Part shown: positions 14,015-23,451 of the stretch, piece by piece | Layout of the letters: every line of letters starts with the position of its first letter | How positions within the stretch are numbered: the stretch's first letter is position 1 | Assembly (NCBI GenBank): GCA_964428155.1 | Contig: CAYRXA010000005.1 | Span: 1-40,426 of the forward strand | Reading direction: 5' to 3' | DNA from: an uncultured Candidatus Saccharibacteria bacterium | GTDB taxonomy: Bacteria; Patescibacteriota; Minisyncoccia; UBA6257 | Length of the DNA: 40,426 nucleotides | Position numbers and translations under genes: made by a program | The notes under the pieces: generated by a model | Told to the model about the DNA's origin: nothing | Seen by the model: the letters and a program-made list of their open reading frames with translations, nothing else | Databases searched by the model: none

Positions 14015-16744
14015 TTATTTTTTATTTTTAAAATATTTATAAGCTTCACCATTCCATAATACCAGAGAAGAAAGCAAAAATATAATTAAAAACTCTGAAA
14101 AAGATAAAGCTATAAAACCAAATTTTATTGCTATTCCTTCAATAAAAAGAGCTCCTAAGATTAATAAAATAGAAATTATTAATCCACCAACTAAAAATTT
14201 ATTTGAAAAAAATCCTATTTTAAAGATTGACTGAGAAAGAGATCTCATATTGAGAACATTAAAAAGCTGCGTCATGGCCATAACAGCAAATGCTCCTGCC
14301 CTAGCTTTTTCTAAAGAATCATTAATTAAAAAGAATTTAAAAACAAAAATAGTTAAAACAGTCATTATTATAACCATTAAAGCCAAAAAAGGTAAAACAT
14401 CTTTAGATAAAATATTTTCCTCTTTTCTTCTTGGTGGCTTATTTAAAACATCTTCATGGCGAGGCTCACAAGCTAAAGCAATATCAACAAAACCATCAGT
14501 TACTAAATTCATAAAGATAATAGTAGCGGGCAAAATTATTAAGATTGATTTTCCCCAAAAATAAAAACCAAAAGCTAAGGAGATTATTAAAGTAGTAATT
14601 TCAGCAAAATTAGTTGTGATTAAAAACAAACTTGTTTGCTTAACATTAGTAAAAACAGTTCTCCCCTCTTCTGTGGCACTAATTATTGATGCAAAATTAT
14701 CATCAGTTAAAATCATGTCACTACTTTCCCGAGCAACATCTGTTCCAATTTGCCCCATAGCAATACCAATATCTGCTTTTTTAAGAGCTGGAGCATCATT
14801 AACTCCATCACCAGTCATTGCTACTACATGACCTTGGTTTTGTAAACTAGTTAAAATTTTTAACTTCATTTGAGGCGTTAATCTGGCGAAAATCGAAACC
14901 TGTTTAACTACTTGATTAAATTTTTTATTAGATAATTTTTCTAATTCTTGCTGAGTCAAAGCCACTTTTTCAGTCGGAGAAGAAATTAAACCAATCTCTT
15001 CAGCAATAGCAATTGCAGTTTCTTTATGATCACCGGTTTTCATAATCACCCTAATTCCAGCTTTTTTTGCATTTGCAATTGCTTCTTTAACCTCTGGCCT
15101 AGGAGAATCTTTCATCCCAACTACTCCTATAAAAACAACTTTTTCCACCATCTCTTCTTTTAATTTATCTCCTTCTTCAGAAACATTTTTATAAGCCAAA
15201 CCAATAACCCTTAAACCTTGCCTAGCTAAATCAGCTGTCTTTTTTAAAAGTTCTTTTTTAGTTTTTTCTGTTATTTTTTCTTCCTTATCTGCAAAACCAT
15301 GACTAGCAATATTTAAAATAGCTTCTGGAGCACCAACGAGATAAATTTCCTTTCTATCTTTTTCTTCAGTAAGCGCAATTAAAGAAGCTCTATATTTCAA
15401 TTCAGAATTAAAAGGCAAATCATCAATTTTTCTTTCTTTTTCTAAAAGGAAATCTTTTTTAAGTCCAGCTTTTTCAGCCAAAACAACTAAAGCTGCTTCT
15501 GTTGGATCACCAATAATTTTATACACCTCCTTTTTTTCTTCTTCTCTAATTAATCGAGCATTATTACAAATACCAGCAACATGCAAAAGTTTACGTAATT
15601 TTAAATTTTCTAAGGGAAAAATAACTTTTTCTTCCTGCATAAATTTACCTTTTGGCTTCCAACCATTACCAGAAACCGTAATCTCTTTATTATCAAATAA
15701 AACAATTTTTTCCACATTCATTGTATTTTGAGTTAAAGTACCAGTTTTATCTGTAGCGATAACATCTGTCACTCCTAATGTTTCTGTGGCCTGTAAATCC
15801 CTGATAATAGCATTTCTTTTTGCCATACGATGAACTCCTATTGCCAAAACAATAACTAAAACTACTGGCAATCCTTCAGGAATAGCTGAAACAAGAGCAG
15901 CAACCGCAAACCGAAAAGAAGACACAAATCCAAAATGCCCAATAAATAATTCAACTAACAAAAGAATAAAAACACAAATAAAGGCAATGCCAGCCATTTG
16001 CTTGGCTAATAAATCAGTCCTTGTCTTAAAATGACTTTTAGGTTTTTTAACTTTTTCCAAGCCTTGAGCAATTTGACCTAAAGCAGTTTTAAGCCCAGTA
16101 GCTGTAACTACTGCTTTAGCTTGACCAGCCGTAACAAAAGTTCCTAACCAAACCATATTTTTTTGATCAGCTAAAGTTGTTTTTTCTGATAATTCTTTAA
16201 AGTCCTTATTAATAGAAGAAGACTCTCCAGTTAAAGCTGCCTCCATTGTTCTAAAATTTTTCGTCTCTAACAACCTTGCATCAGCTGGAATCCTATCGCC
16301 TTCTTCTAAAAAGATAATATCACCTGGCACTAATTCTTTAGCAGGAATTTTTAACAAATCTCCTTTCCGAATAACCTTAGCAAAAAGAACAATCATTCTT
16401 TTTAAAGCTGCCATTGTTCTTTCTGCTTTGCGTTCTTGAACAAAACCCATCACTGCATTAAAAAAAAGAACGGCTATAATGATATAGACGTCAAAAATAT
16501 GGCCAGTAAAGAATGAAAAAAATGCTGCCCCAATTAAAATATATATTAACCAGGAATGAAATTGTCTAAAAAAAATAAAAATAGGATGAATAGCTTTTTT
16601 CTCAGGTATTTCATTGTAACCAAATTTCTTTAAACGAATATTAACTTCATCTAGAGCTAATCCTTCTCTTAAATCTGATGAAAGCTCTTTTAAAACTTTT
16701 TTAACAGTTTTGGAATGAAATAAATTATTGTTTGTATTATTCAT
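14015..16744 (-). CDS. Cation-transporting P-type ATPase (P2, Ca2+-type)
   Basis: Contains DKTGTLT, TGES, MKTGDH, TGDGVNDAPALKKADIGIAMG and about 10 TMs. I prefer the ATG at 16744 (MNNTNNN). The track start at 16795 would overlap tRNA-Gln. Confidence 0.9.
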   Translation of the reverse strand: MNNTNNNLFHSKTVKKVLKELSSDLREGLALDEVNIRLKKFGYNEIPEKKAIHPIFIFFRQFHSWLIYILIGAAFFSFFTGHIFDVYIIIAVLFFNAVMGFVQERKAERTMAALKRMIVLFAKVIRKGDLLKIPAKELVPGDIIFLEEGDRIPADARLLETKNFRTMEAALTGESSSINKDFKELSEKTTLADQKNMVWLGTFVTAGQAKAVVTATGLKTALGQIAQGLEKVKKPKSHFKTRTDLLAKQMAGIAFICVFILLLVELFIGHFGFVSSFRFAVAALVSAIPEGLPVVLVIVLAIGVHRMAKRNAIIRDLQATETLGVTDVIATDKTGTLTQNTMNVEKIVLFDNKEITVSGNGWKPKGKFMQEEKVIFPLENLKLRKLLHVAGICNNARLIREEEKKEVYKIIGDPTEAALVVLAEKAGLKKDFLLEKERKIDDLPFNSELKYRASLIALTEEKDRKEIYLVGAPEAILNIASHGFADKEEKITEKTKKELLKKTADLARQGLRVIGLAYKNVSEEGDKLKEEMVEKVVFIGVVGMKDSPRPEVKEAIANAKKAGIRVIMKTGDHKETAIAIAEEIGLISSPTEKVALTQQELEKLSNKKFNQVVKQVSIFARLTPQMKLKILTSLQNQGHVVAMTGDGVNDAPALKKADIGIAMGQIGTDVARESSDMILTDDNFASIISATEEGRTVFTNVKQTSLFLITTNFAEITTLIISLAFGFYFWGKSILIILPATIIFMNLVTDGFVDIALACEPRHEDVLNKPPRRKEENILSKDVLPFLALMVIIMTVLTIFVFKFFLINDSLEKARAGAFAVMAMTQLFNVLNMRSLSQSIFKIGFFSNKFLVGGLIISILLILGALFIEGIAIKFGFIALSFSEFLIIFLLSSLVLWNGEAYKYFKNKK

Positions 16745-16763
16745 TATTACCCTATTTACTTTG

Positions 16764-16834
16764 CTGCGAGACCTGGATTCGAACCAGGATACCATGCTTC
16801 AGAGGCATGTGTCCTACCATTAGACGATCTCGCA
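16764..16834 (-). tRNA. tRNA-Gln(CUG), CCA not encoded
   Basis: TGCGAGA TC GTCT AATGGTA GGAC A CATGC CTCTGAA GCATG GTAT CCTGG TTCGAAT CCAGG TCTCGCA G. It has the U1:A72 pair typical of tRNA-Gln and is followed by CAA, not CCA. Confidence 0.85.
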
Positions 16835-16840
16835 ATAACA

Positions 16841-17932
16841 TCAAAGCTCTTCGCTAATGCACAACTCAAAAGGCAAAGTTAAAATTGGTGTTCTTCTTAA
16901 TTGAACTTGAATCTCAATAAATCTTTTTAAAAGTTTTTCTAAATAAGGAGTATCAAAAGATTGAGCTTGCTTAAATAAAATTGATATTTCTTCATTAGTA
17001 GCTTCTTTTTCTAATATCTTCCCTAAAGTAGGCGAGATCTTAAGTAAAAGAATTTTTCTTAGATAGCTTAATGTTTCTTTATTAAAAACCTCTAGATCAT
17101 AACCTTCATCATAAAGATCATTAATAAATTCTAATGCTTTTTCTTTTTCTTTTTTGGCTAAATAATTAATAAATTTTTTTACTTTTTCAAAATTTATAGC
17201 TCCGACTAATTCTTCAACCGCTTTTTTAGTAATATTTCTATCAGTTATCAAAGAAATCTGCCCTAACAATGACTGAGCATCACGTAAACCGCCTTCAGAA
17301 TAAAGAGCAATTAATCTCAATGCTTCATCCTCAAATTTTATTTTTTCTTGTTTACAAATATTTTTAAGACATCCAATAATATCGTCTAGATTTAACTTTT
17401 TAAAATCATAACGTTCTACTCTTGAAAGAATTGTTGCTGGTAATTTATCAGGCTCTGTTGTTGCTAAAATAAAAACTGCATATGATGGCGGCTCTTCTAA
17501 GGTTTTTAATAAAGCATTGAAAGCTTCTCTTGTCATTTGATGGGCTTCATCAATAATAAAAATTTTATACTTAGAATTTACTGGTGGAAATTTAATATTT
17601 TCTCTCAAAGAACGGACATCTTCAATTCCTCTGTTAGAAGCAGCATCTATTTCTACTAAATCTAAAGAATTTCCTGCCTTTATTGCCTTACAAGATTCAC
17701 ATTTATTGCAAGGCTCAAATTGATTTGATTTCCTTCCTTGACAATTAAGAGCCTTTGCTAATAATCGAGCAACTGTTGTTTTTCCAATACCCCTTAAACC
17801 AGAAAAAAGATAAGCATGGGAAATCTGGCCTTGTAAAAGGGCGTTAGAAAGAGTATTGATAATATTCTTTTGATTTATTACTTCAGCAAATAGCTGAGGA
17901 CGATATTTTCGATATAAAACAAGTTGGGACAT
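16841..17932 (-). CDS. dnaX: DNA polymerase III subunit gamma/tau, short (gamma-length) form
   Basis: Contains ..HAYLFSGLRGIGKTT (Walker A), a CNKCESC zinc module, FIIDEAHQM (Walker B) and ILATTE..LP.TILSR (sensor and SRC region). At 363 aa it covers only domains I-III. Confidence 0.9.
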   Translation of the reverse strand: MSQLVLYRKYRPQLFAEVINQKNIINTLSNALLQGQISHAYLFSGLRGIGKTTVARLLAKALNCQGRKSNQFEPCNKCESCKAIKAGNSLDLVEIDAASNRGIEDVRSLRENIKFPPVNSKYKIFIIDEAHQMTREAFNALLKTLEEPPSYAVFILATTEPDKLPATILSRVERYDFKKLNLDDIIGCLKNICKQEKIKFEDEALRLIALYSEGGLRDAQSLLGQISLITDRNITKKAVEELVGAINFEKVKKFINYLAKKEKEKALEFINDLYDEGYDLEVFNKETLSYLRKILLLKISPTLGKILEKEATNEEISILFKQAQSFDTPYLEKLLKRFIEIQVQLRRTPILTLPFELCISEEL

Positions 17933-17957
17933 AAAAAAATAACTAATAGGTTGATGT

Positions 17958-17966
17958 ATTATAGCA
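17958..17966 (-). promoter_or_regulatory. Extended -10 element TGCTATAAT upstream of dnaX
   Basis: Minus strand TTTTTGCTATAAT, 25 nt upstream of the ATG at 17932. Confidence 0.4.
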
Positions 17967-17988
17967 AAAAAACTAATACTTTAAAAGC

Positions 17989-18405
17989 CTATTTATCTTT
18001 AAAAACAAAATATTTATAACCAAAAAAATTAATTAAAGTTGTGAAAACTGTAGCTGCTAAAGCGCTAATATTAGCCCAAATATATGGGGAAATATTCCCT
18101 AATGGCCCAACAAAACTTACTAACACAGAAGCTGTACCTACATTGATTCCAAAAGCGATTAAACTAACTATTATAAATTTAACAAACTCTTCCTTTTCCA
18201 TCTTCCCCCCTTTTCTAAAAGTCCACCTTTTATTCAAAAAATAACTATTAGTAACAGCAACAATAAAAGAAATTGCTTTAAAAAAAGAATAGCCAATTCC
18301 TTTAGTAATCCCAAACAAAAACATCAATAAATTTAAAACACCGAAGTCAACTCCAGTATTTATCAATCCTACACAAAGAAATTTTATAAATTGTAAAGAA
18401 AACAC
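17989..18405 (-). CDS. GtrA-family membrane protein
   Basis: 138 aa and 4 TMs, with ..FIKFLCVGLINTGVDFGVLNLL...NKRWTF.. and C-terminal ..NFFGYKYFVF. Confidence 0.75.
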   Translation of the reverse strand: MFSLQFIKFLCVGLINTGVDFGVLNLLMFLFGITKGIGYSFFKAISFIVAVTNSYFLNKRWTFRKGGKMEKEEFVKFIIVSLIAFGINVGTASVLVSFVGPLGNISPYIWANISALAATVFTTLINFFGYKYFVFKDK

Positions 18406-18417
18406 AAATATATTTTA

Positions 18418-20772
18418 TTAATATGTTTTTCTTATTTCTTCTTCAATTTCATGACGAGGATGAGAATATTTAGAAGAACAAAGAGTTTTTAAAATTTCTG
18501 CTTTTTCTTTATTGCTTTCTAATGGCTTATTAACTTTAATATTAAAAGCCCGCGAAGTTTGGCCCTGAATTGTTAATTTGATATAGGCATTAAAATTATC
18601 TAAATTAATCAAATCATAAGCACTAAAGACTGGAGCAAAGTATTTTGCTAAAATTTCGGCATCATCATTCCCTACCCTAAAAGAAACTATTGTTCCTACA
18701 TTTCCAAATACTGATTTAATAATTGGTTCTTTAAGTTGAGCTAAAAATTGATTAGCAACAATTAAGTTAAGACGATATTTTCTAGCTTCTGAAAAGATAG
18801 TAGAGATTGTTTCAGTAGTAATATTTTGAAATTCATCAATATATAAATGAAAGTCTTTTCTCTGTTCTTCAGAAATATCAACTCGAGAAAAAGAAGCCAT
18901 CATTAATTTACCAACTATTATCATTCCCAAAAGATAGCTATTAATATCCCCTAATAATCCTTTGGATAAATTAATAATTAGAATTTTCTCTTCATCCATT
19001 ATCTTTCTAAAATCCACTGCTGATTTCTTTTGACTAATAATAGGTCTCACTAAATCATTAGCCAAAAAAGGATTAAGCTTAGAATTAATATATGGAGCCA
19101 CATTAGCTAAGGCCAAATCTCCGCCTGCCTTTTCTGCTTCTTTTTCCCAAAATTCTTTAACCATTGGGTTAAGAGTTTTTTCTAAAAGTGCTTTACGAAA
19201 ATCTGGATTTATTAAAATTCGAGGAAGATCATTTAAAGTATGAATTTCTCCTGGATCATCTAAAAGAAGCAGTAAGGCATTACGAAAATATTGTTCAAAA
19301 ACAGGACCACCAACTGTTTTTAAATCATAAAGTTTATCTAAAATCTCTAAAAGCTCGTCAATAACAAAAGATTTTTGAAAAGGAAATTTTTGATCCCATT
19401 CTAGCATATTTAAACCAAAAGACCTTTCAAAGTCTCCTGGATTAAAATATATAACATCATCCTTCCTTGAATCTGGAATTAATCCCATCAAATATTCTGC
19501 TGTATCACCATGAGGATCGATATAGCAAACACCTTTACCATCAGCCATATCCTGGATAAACAAATTTCTCATTAAAGAAGTCTTTCCTGTTCCTGTCTGC
19601 CCAATGATATAAAGATGGCGGCGCCTATCTTCATCAAGAATCCTAACTTCTTTCTCATCTCCTTGAAAAGTATTAACTCCTAAAATAGCTCCTGTGCTTG
19701 GTAAATTTAAAGGAGCAGAAGCACTGCGAGCTTTAAGCCATTTTATTTTAGAATTTTCTAAGAAAGGGTGAGGAAAATGAAACACTGTAGCTATTTCCGC
19801 TGTATTTAAAAACATATTATCTTTCGCTCTAAAAAGCCGAAAAGAAAAATCATATACTAATTTTTTTAACCCTTTTTGTGATTTAATTATTGAAGGGCTA
19901 AAACTATTGCCTAAAGGATGAGCAAAAGGACTAAAAGATGATTCTAAATGAGACAATAACTCTTCTGCTCTTTCTTTTGTAGAGGCTGAAGTTAGTAAAC
20001 GAGCATTAAAATGAAAAAGTGAATACTGAGATTTTTCATCTATTAGTTTAATTAAATTTTCATCTATTGATTTAGGCCTTAACTCTTCTTCGGATTTTTT
20101 TTCTGGTTCTTTTTTAAACAAAGGAGAAGCCATGGCTTGTTGCAAGTTCTTCCCTTCTAAAAGAGCTTTCTTAATTCCGGCAAATTTCTTCTTTAAACCA
20201 CTAGAATCAGGTTTAATAATTATCTGCAATGCTGCTCCTTCTTCTTGAGAAGATATTTTAGAAAAAGCATTAATAATTGCTGCCAAAGGATCTTGACCAA
20301 AAGATTGAAAAGTTTTTATCGGCAAGACGAAAGGTTCTTTAAAACTAAAGGTTAGCCCTGCTACCTTTCCTTCGGGAGAAAAAATAGTATAATCATCTGT
20401 TAATTCTATTTTAGCTGAAGGGAAAGAAGCAGAAAGAGTTTTTTCAAAAAATTGAGTGTCTTTTTTAGAACAAGCAGCATAAAAACAAATTTCAGAAGAA
20501 TCACTAGGAATTGCTATTTCAAAAACAATTTCTTTATTGTATTTATTAAAACTTTCTAATGTCTGTTCAAAAATTGAAATAAAATCAGTAAAAGCATTTT
20601 GTTTTTCTTGACCTGAGCTACCTGCTATTGAAAAAAAATCCTGGGGAATAGTAATTAAAAATAATTGATAACCAAGACTTTTTTTAATTTCTAAATGGAA
20701 AAATTTCTTTCTAAAAAGAAAGAATAAAATTAAAATAATTAGAATAATTAGACCGCTCCAGAAAATATACAT
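18418..20772 (-). CDS. Membrane-anchored P-loop ATPase of the VirD4/TraD/HerA-FtsK type, with a ~370-aa N-terminal domain of unknown function
   Basis: One N-terminal TM followed by basic residues. Walker A is in HLYIIGQTGTGKTS and Walker B in FHLYIDEFQN, followed by ..RKYRLNLIVANQ... The ATPase half resembles T4SS coupling proteins. Confidence 0.6.
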   Translation of the reverse strand: MYIFWSGLIILIILILFFLFRKKFFHLEIKKSLGYQLFLITIPQDFFSIAGSSGQEKQNAFTDFISIFEQTLESFNKYNKEIVFEIAIPSDSSEICFYAACSKKDTQFFEKTLSASFPSAKIELTDDYTIFSPEGKVAGLTFSFKEPFVLPIKTFQSFGQDPLAAIINAFSKISSQEEGAALQIIIKPDSSGLKKKFAGIKKALLEGKNLQQAMASPLFKKEPEKKSEEELRPKSIDENLIKLIDEKSQYSLFHFNARLLTSASTKERAEELLSHLESSFSPFAHPLGNSFSPSIIKSQKGLKKLVYDFSFRLFRAKDNMFLNTAEIATVFHFPHPFLENSKIKWLKARSASAPLNLPSTGAILGVNTFQGDEKEVRILDEDRRRHLYIIGQTGTGKTSLMRNLFIQDMADGKGVCYIDPHGDTAEYLMGLIPDSRKDDVIYFNPGDFERSFGLNMLEWDQKFPFQKSFVIDELLEILDKLYDLKTVGGPVFEQYFRNALLLLLDDPGEIHTLNDLPRILINPDFRKALLEKTLNPMVKEFWEKEAEKAGGDLALANVAPYINSKLNPFLANDLVRPIISQKKSAVDFRKIMDEEKILIINLSKGLLGDINSYLLGMIIVGKLMMASFSRVDISEEQRKDFHLYIDEFQNITTETISTIFSEARKYRLNLIVANQFLAQLKEPIIKSVFGNVGTIVSFRVGNDDAEILAKYFAPVFSAYDLINLDNFNAYIKLTIQGQTSRAFNIKVNKPLESNKEKAEILKTLCSSKYSHPRHEIEEEIRKTY

Positions 20773-20776
20773 TCCT

Positions 20777-21193
20777 TTAAATTAATTTTTTATCTTTTAA
20801 CTCTTGATAATATTTATCTGCTAAAGAATCACGTAATTTATCTATCAAATACGCATTACCACTTTTCAAAGCAGTATTAATTGCTCGAGAAATATTTTCT
20901 TCAAGAGCAATCGTTATTAATTCAGAAAGCTTAATATTAGCTTCTTCGGTCACCTCTTCTGATAATTTTTTTTCTTGTGAATAGATACTAGCTGGAAAAG
21001 GAACTTTATTCTCTTTTTCTGGTTGAATCATTTCTGTATTTGGTAAAGTTTCTTTTAAAGAGTCTTCCATTCTTTCTTCAATTGTTTCAGCAACTAATTC
21101 TTTTTCTTCAGGTATTTCAAGCTTCTCCCGAGACAATTGCTCTTTTTTAATCTGAACTCGATCTTTAATAAAACTTAATTCTTCTTGATTCAT
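20777..21193 (-). CDS. Acidic coiled-coil protein, unknown function
   Basis: About 138 aa counted from the ATG at 21193; the track start at 21205 is a TTG. It is very E/K-rich. Its stop lies 4 nt before the ATPase ATG, which suggests translational coupling. Confidence 0.4.
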   Translation of the reverse strand: MNQEELSFIKDRVQIKKEQLSREKLEIPEEKELVAETIEERMEDSLKETLPNTEMIQPEKENKVPFPASIYSQEKKLSEEVTEEANIKLSELITIALEENISRAINTALKSGNAYLIDKLRDSLADKYYQELKDKKLI

Positions 21194-21248
21194 AATAAAT
21201 AACAAAATCTTCTCTATTAATATATTATAGCAAAATTCATTAATAATT

Positions 21249-22148
21249 TCATCGACTAACTTTATAATAAACCTTTGGGGGATAACGATAATCTATATAT
21301 TGCAAATTAAAAAAATTGCCTTTTAGTTGCTGATCTTTAATACCATCTACTATTTTAAGCAATTCTATAAAATCATCATTTAAATTATAGAGAATATAAA
21401 AACCTTCGTTAGTGACTAATTTTACCTCTAGAGAGTTCTCTGTTTTGATTTCTAAATAATTAGTAGCAATAGGACTTTCTTCTCCCTTAGAAAGAATAAA
21501 AGCTTGATTAAGTTTTTCCAATTTTTCTTGAGAAATAACTCTGGAGCCTAAAGCCTTTTTTTTAGTTTCAAGAATTACAATCTTATTAAGAAATGATCCT
21601 TGAGTTCTTGGGGCTTGCTCAAAAATAACTCCATGTTTATCCATATAATAACAATCTCCAAACTCATTTACATAATTCTGACTTTCAAAATAAGAAAGAT
21701 CGCTTTCATCATTAATGGCTTGAGCTGGTTCTTGCTCAAGACACCATAAAAAATCTATTTCTCTCTGTTTTATTTGAAGAGCTAAAACTTTCGTTTTAAA
21801 ATCTAATAATATATTTATCTTTTCTATATCTGGATAATTTTTTAAAAGAGATTTTTCTAAATCAGAATAATGAAAAGTTAAAATACTCTTATTGTTTTTC
21901 AAATACTTTGGAAAAATAGCATAGGCTAAAAAAGGAACAAAACGAGTATTTTTTTGTTGAAGATATAAATCAATTTTTGTTGCTAAAGACGGATTGTATC
22001 CTTCAATTAATATTTCTTGTATTTGAAAATGGGAAGAAATAAATAATACCCAATAGATAAATCCCAAAAGGAAAATAATAAAAAATATAATAAACAATAA
22101 TTGAAGTCTAAACCAAAAGACTCTTAAAACATTACGAGTTCTTCTCAT
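21249..22148 (-). CDS. ftsQ: FtsQ/DivIB-like cell-division protein (TM plus POTRA)
   Basis: An N-terminal TM is followed by ..FQIQEILIEGYNPSLATKI.. (POTRA-like start). It has the overall bitopic architecture and is 299 aa. Confidence 0.5.
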   Translation of the reverse strand: MRRTRNVLRVFWFRLQLLFIIFFIIFLLGFIYWVLFISSHFQIQEILIEGYNPSLATKIDLYLQQKNTRFVPFLAYAIFPKYLKNNKSILTFHYSDLEKSLLKNYPDIEKINILLDFKTKVLALQIKQREIDFLWCLEQEPAQAINDESDLSYFESQNYVNEFGDCYYMDKHGVIFEQAPRTQGSFLNKIVILETKKKALGSRVISQEKLEKLNQAFILSKGEESPIATNYLEIKTENSLEVKLVTNEGFYILYNLNDDFIELLKIVDGIKDQQLKGNFFNLQYIDYRYPPKVYYKVSR

Positions 22149-22160
22149 AAAATTATTTTA

Positions 22161-23432
22161 CTAGGAAAATATTTTTACTCCATTTGCATATCGCCAAAGA
22201 GCTCTTGGAACTTTTATTCTTCCCTCTTTTGTTTGATAATTTTCCATAATAGCTAAAACACCTCTACCAAGAGCTAAAGCGGTTCCATTCAAAGTATAAA
22301 CTAATTCATTCTTTCCTGTTTTTTTGTTTTTAAACTTAATATTCAAACGTCGAGACTGAAAATCGCTACAATTAGAAGTGGAGTGAGTTTCTCGATACTG
22401 ACCTTCTCCTTTATTTTGCCCAGGCAACCAAGCTTCAATATCATATTTAGATACTGCAGGGTCTCCTAAATCACCTGCACAAATATTTAAAACCTGGTAA
22501 GGAATTTTCAAATCTTTCATTATCTCTTCTTCAATTGAAAGCAAAAGCTCGTGTTCTTTTATAGAATCTTCGGGTTTACAAAAAATAAACATTTCTATCT
22601 TATCAAATTGATGAACTCTCAAAATACCTTTTGTGTCTTTACCATAAGAACCAGCCTCTCTTCTAAAACAAGAAGAAAAAGATACATAACGACAAGGCAA
22701 ATCTTCTTCATCAAAAACTTCATCCATATGCATTGGGCCAATCATTTGCTCTGAAGTACCTACTAAATAAAGATCATCTTTTGGCAAATGATAAACTTCT
22801 TCTGCTCCTCTATCTAAATATCCCATACCCCAAAAAGGACGAGGCTTTATTAAAACTGGTGGAATTATCGGAATAAATCCTTTTTTAGTTAATTTATCAA
22901 AAATAAACTTAATTAAAGCAATTTCTAAAACAGCGCCGCCTCTTCTTAAAATTCCAAAACGAGAGCCTGAAGTTTTTGCTGCTCTTTTAATATCAATCAT
23001 GTCTAAATTTTCTCCTAAAGATAAATAATCTTGAGGAGCAAAATTAAATTTTGGTTTTTTACCTACTTGCCTAATAACAATATTTTCTCTATCATCTTTT
23101 CCTTCAGGAACACTATCTAAAGGAGGGTTAGGAATTAAGCTCATCGTTTTAACATATTCATCTTCAACTATCGCTAATTCTTTCTCCTTTAAAACCAAAA
23201 AGTCTTTAGCATCTTTTAAAACTTGGATTATCTTTTCTTTGTCTTTTTCTTCTATTAATTTCTTTTCTGTGGCATTTTTCTTTGCCCTAACGGTTTCTAT
23301 CTCTTGTAATAAATTCCTTTTTTTCTTATCTAATTCTAAAACTTTATCAACTAAAGAAGCATCTGCACCTTTTTTATTAATATCTTTTTTTAATTTTTCA
23401 GGTTGTTCCCTAATTAATTTAATATCTAACAT
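22161..23432 (-). CDS. serS: Seryl-tRNA synthetase
   Basis: Starts MLDIKLIREQPE, with an N-terminal coiled coil. Class II motifs are ..FRRE.GS.G.DT.G..RVHQF.K.E.. and ..GTALA..R.L.A..EN.Q. Confidence 0.95.
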   Translation of the reverse strand: MLDIKLIREQPEKLKKDINKKGADASLVDKVLELDKKKRNLLQEIETVRAKKNATEKKLIEEKDKEKIIQVLKDAKDFLVLKEKELAIVEDEYVKTMSLIPNPPLDSVPEGKDDRENIVIRQVGKKPKFNFAPQDYLSLGENLDMIDIKRAAKTSGSRFGILRRGGAVLEIALIKFIFDKLTKKGFIPIIPPVLIKPRPFWGMGYLDRGAEEVYHLPKDDLYLVGTSEQMIGPMHMDEVFDEEDLPCRYVSFSSCFRREAGSYGKDTKGILRVHQFDKIEMFIFCKPEDSIKEHELLLSIEEEIMKDLKIPYQVLNICAGDLGDPAVSKYDIEAWLPGQNKGEGQYRETHSTSNCSDFQSRRLNIKFKNKKTGKNELVYTLNGTALALGRGVLAIMENYQTKEGRIKVPRALWRYANGVKIFS

Positions 23433-23451
23433 GTTACTAATTTATTATTAT

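Noticed and set aside
16745-16795. N-terminal extension of the P-type ATPase ORF (MVSWFESRSRSKVNRVI...).
   Set aside because: These codons are the antisense-free read-through of tRNA-Gln (16764-16834). The ATG at 16744 gives a normal ATPase N-terminus.
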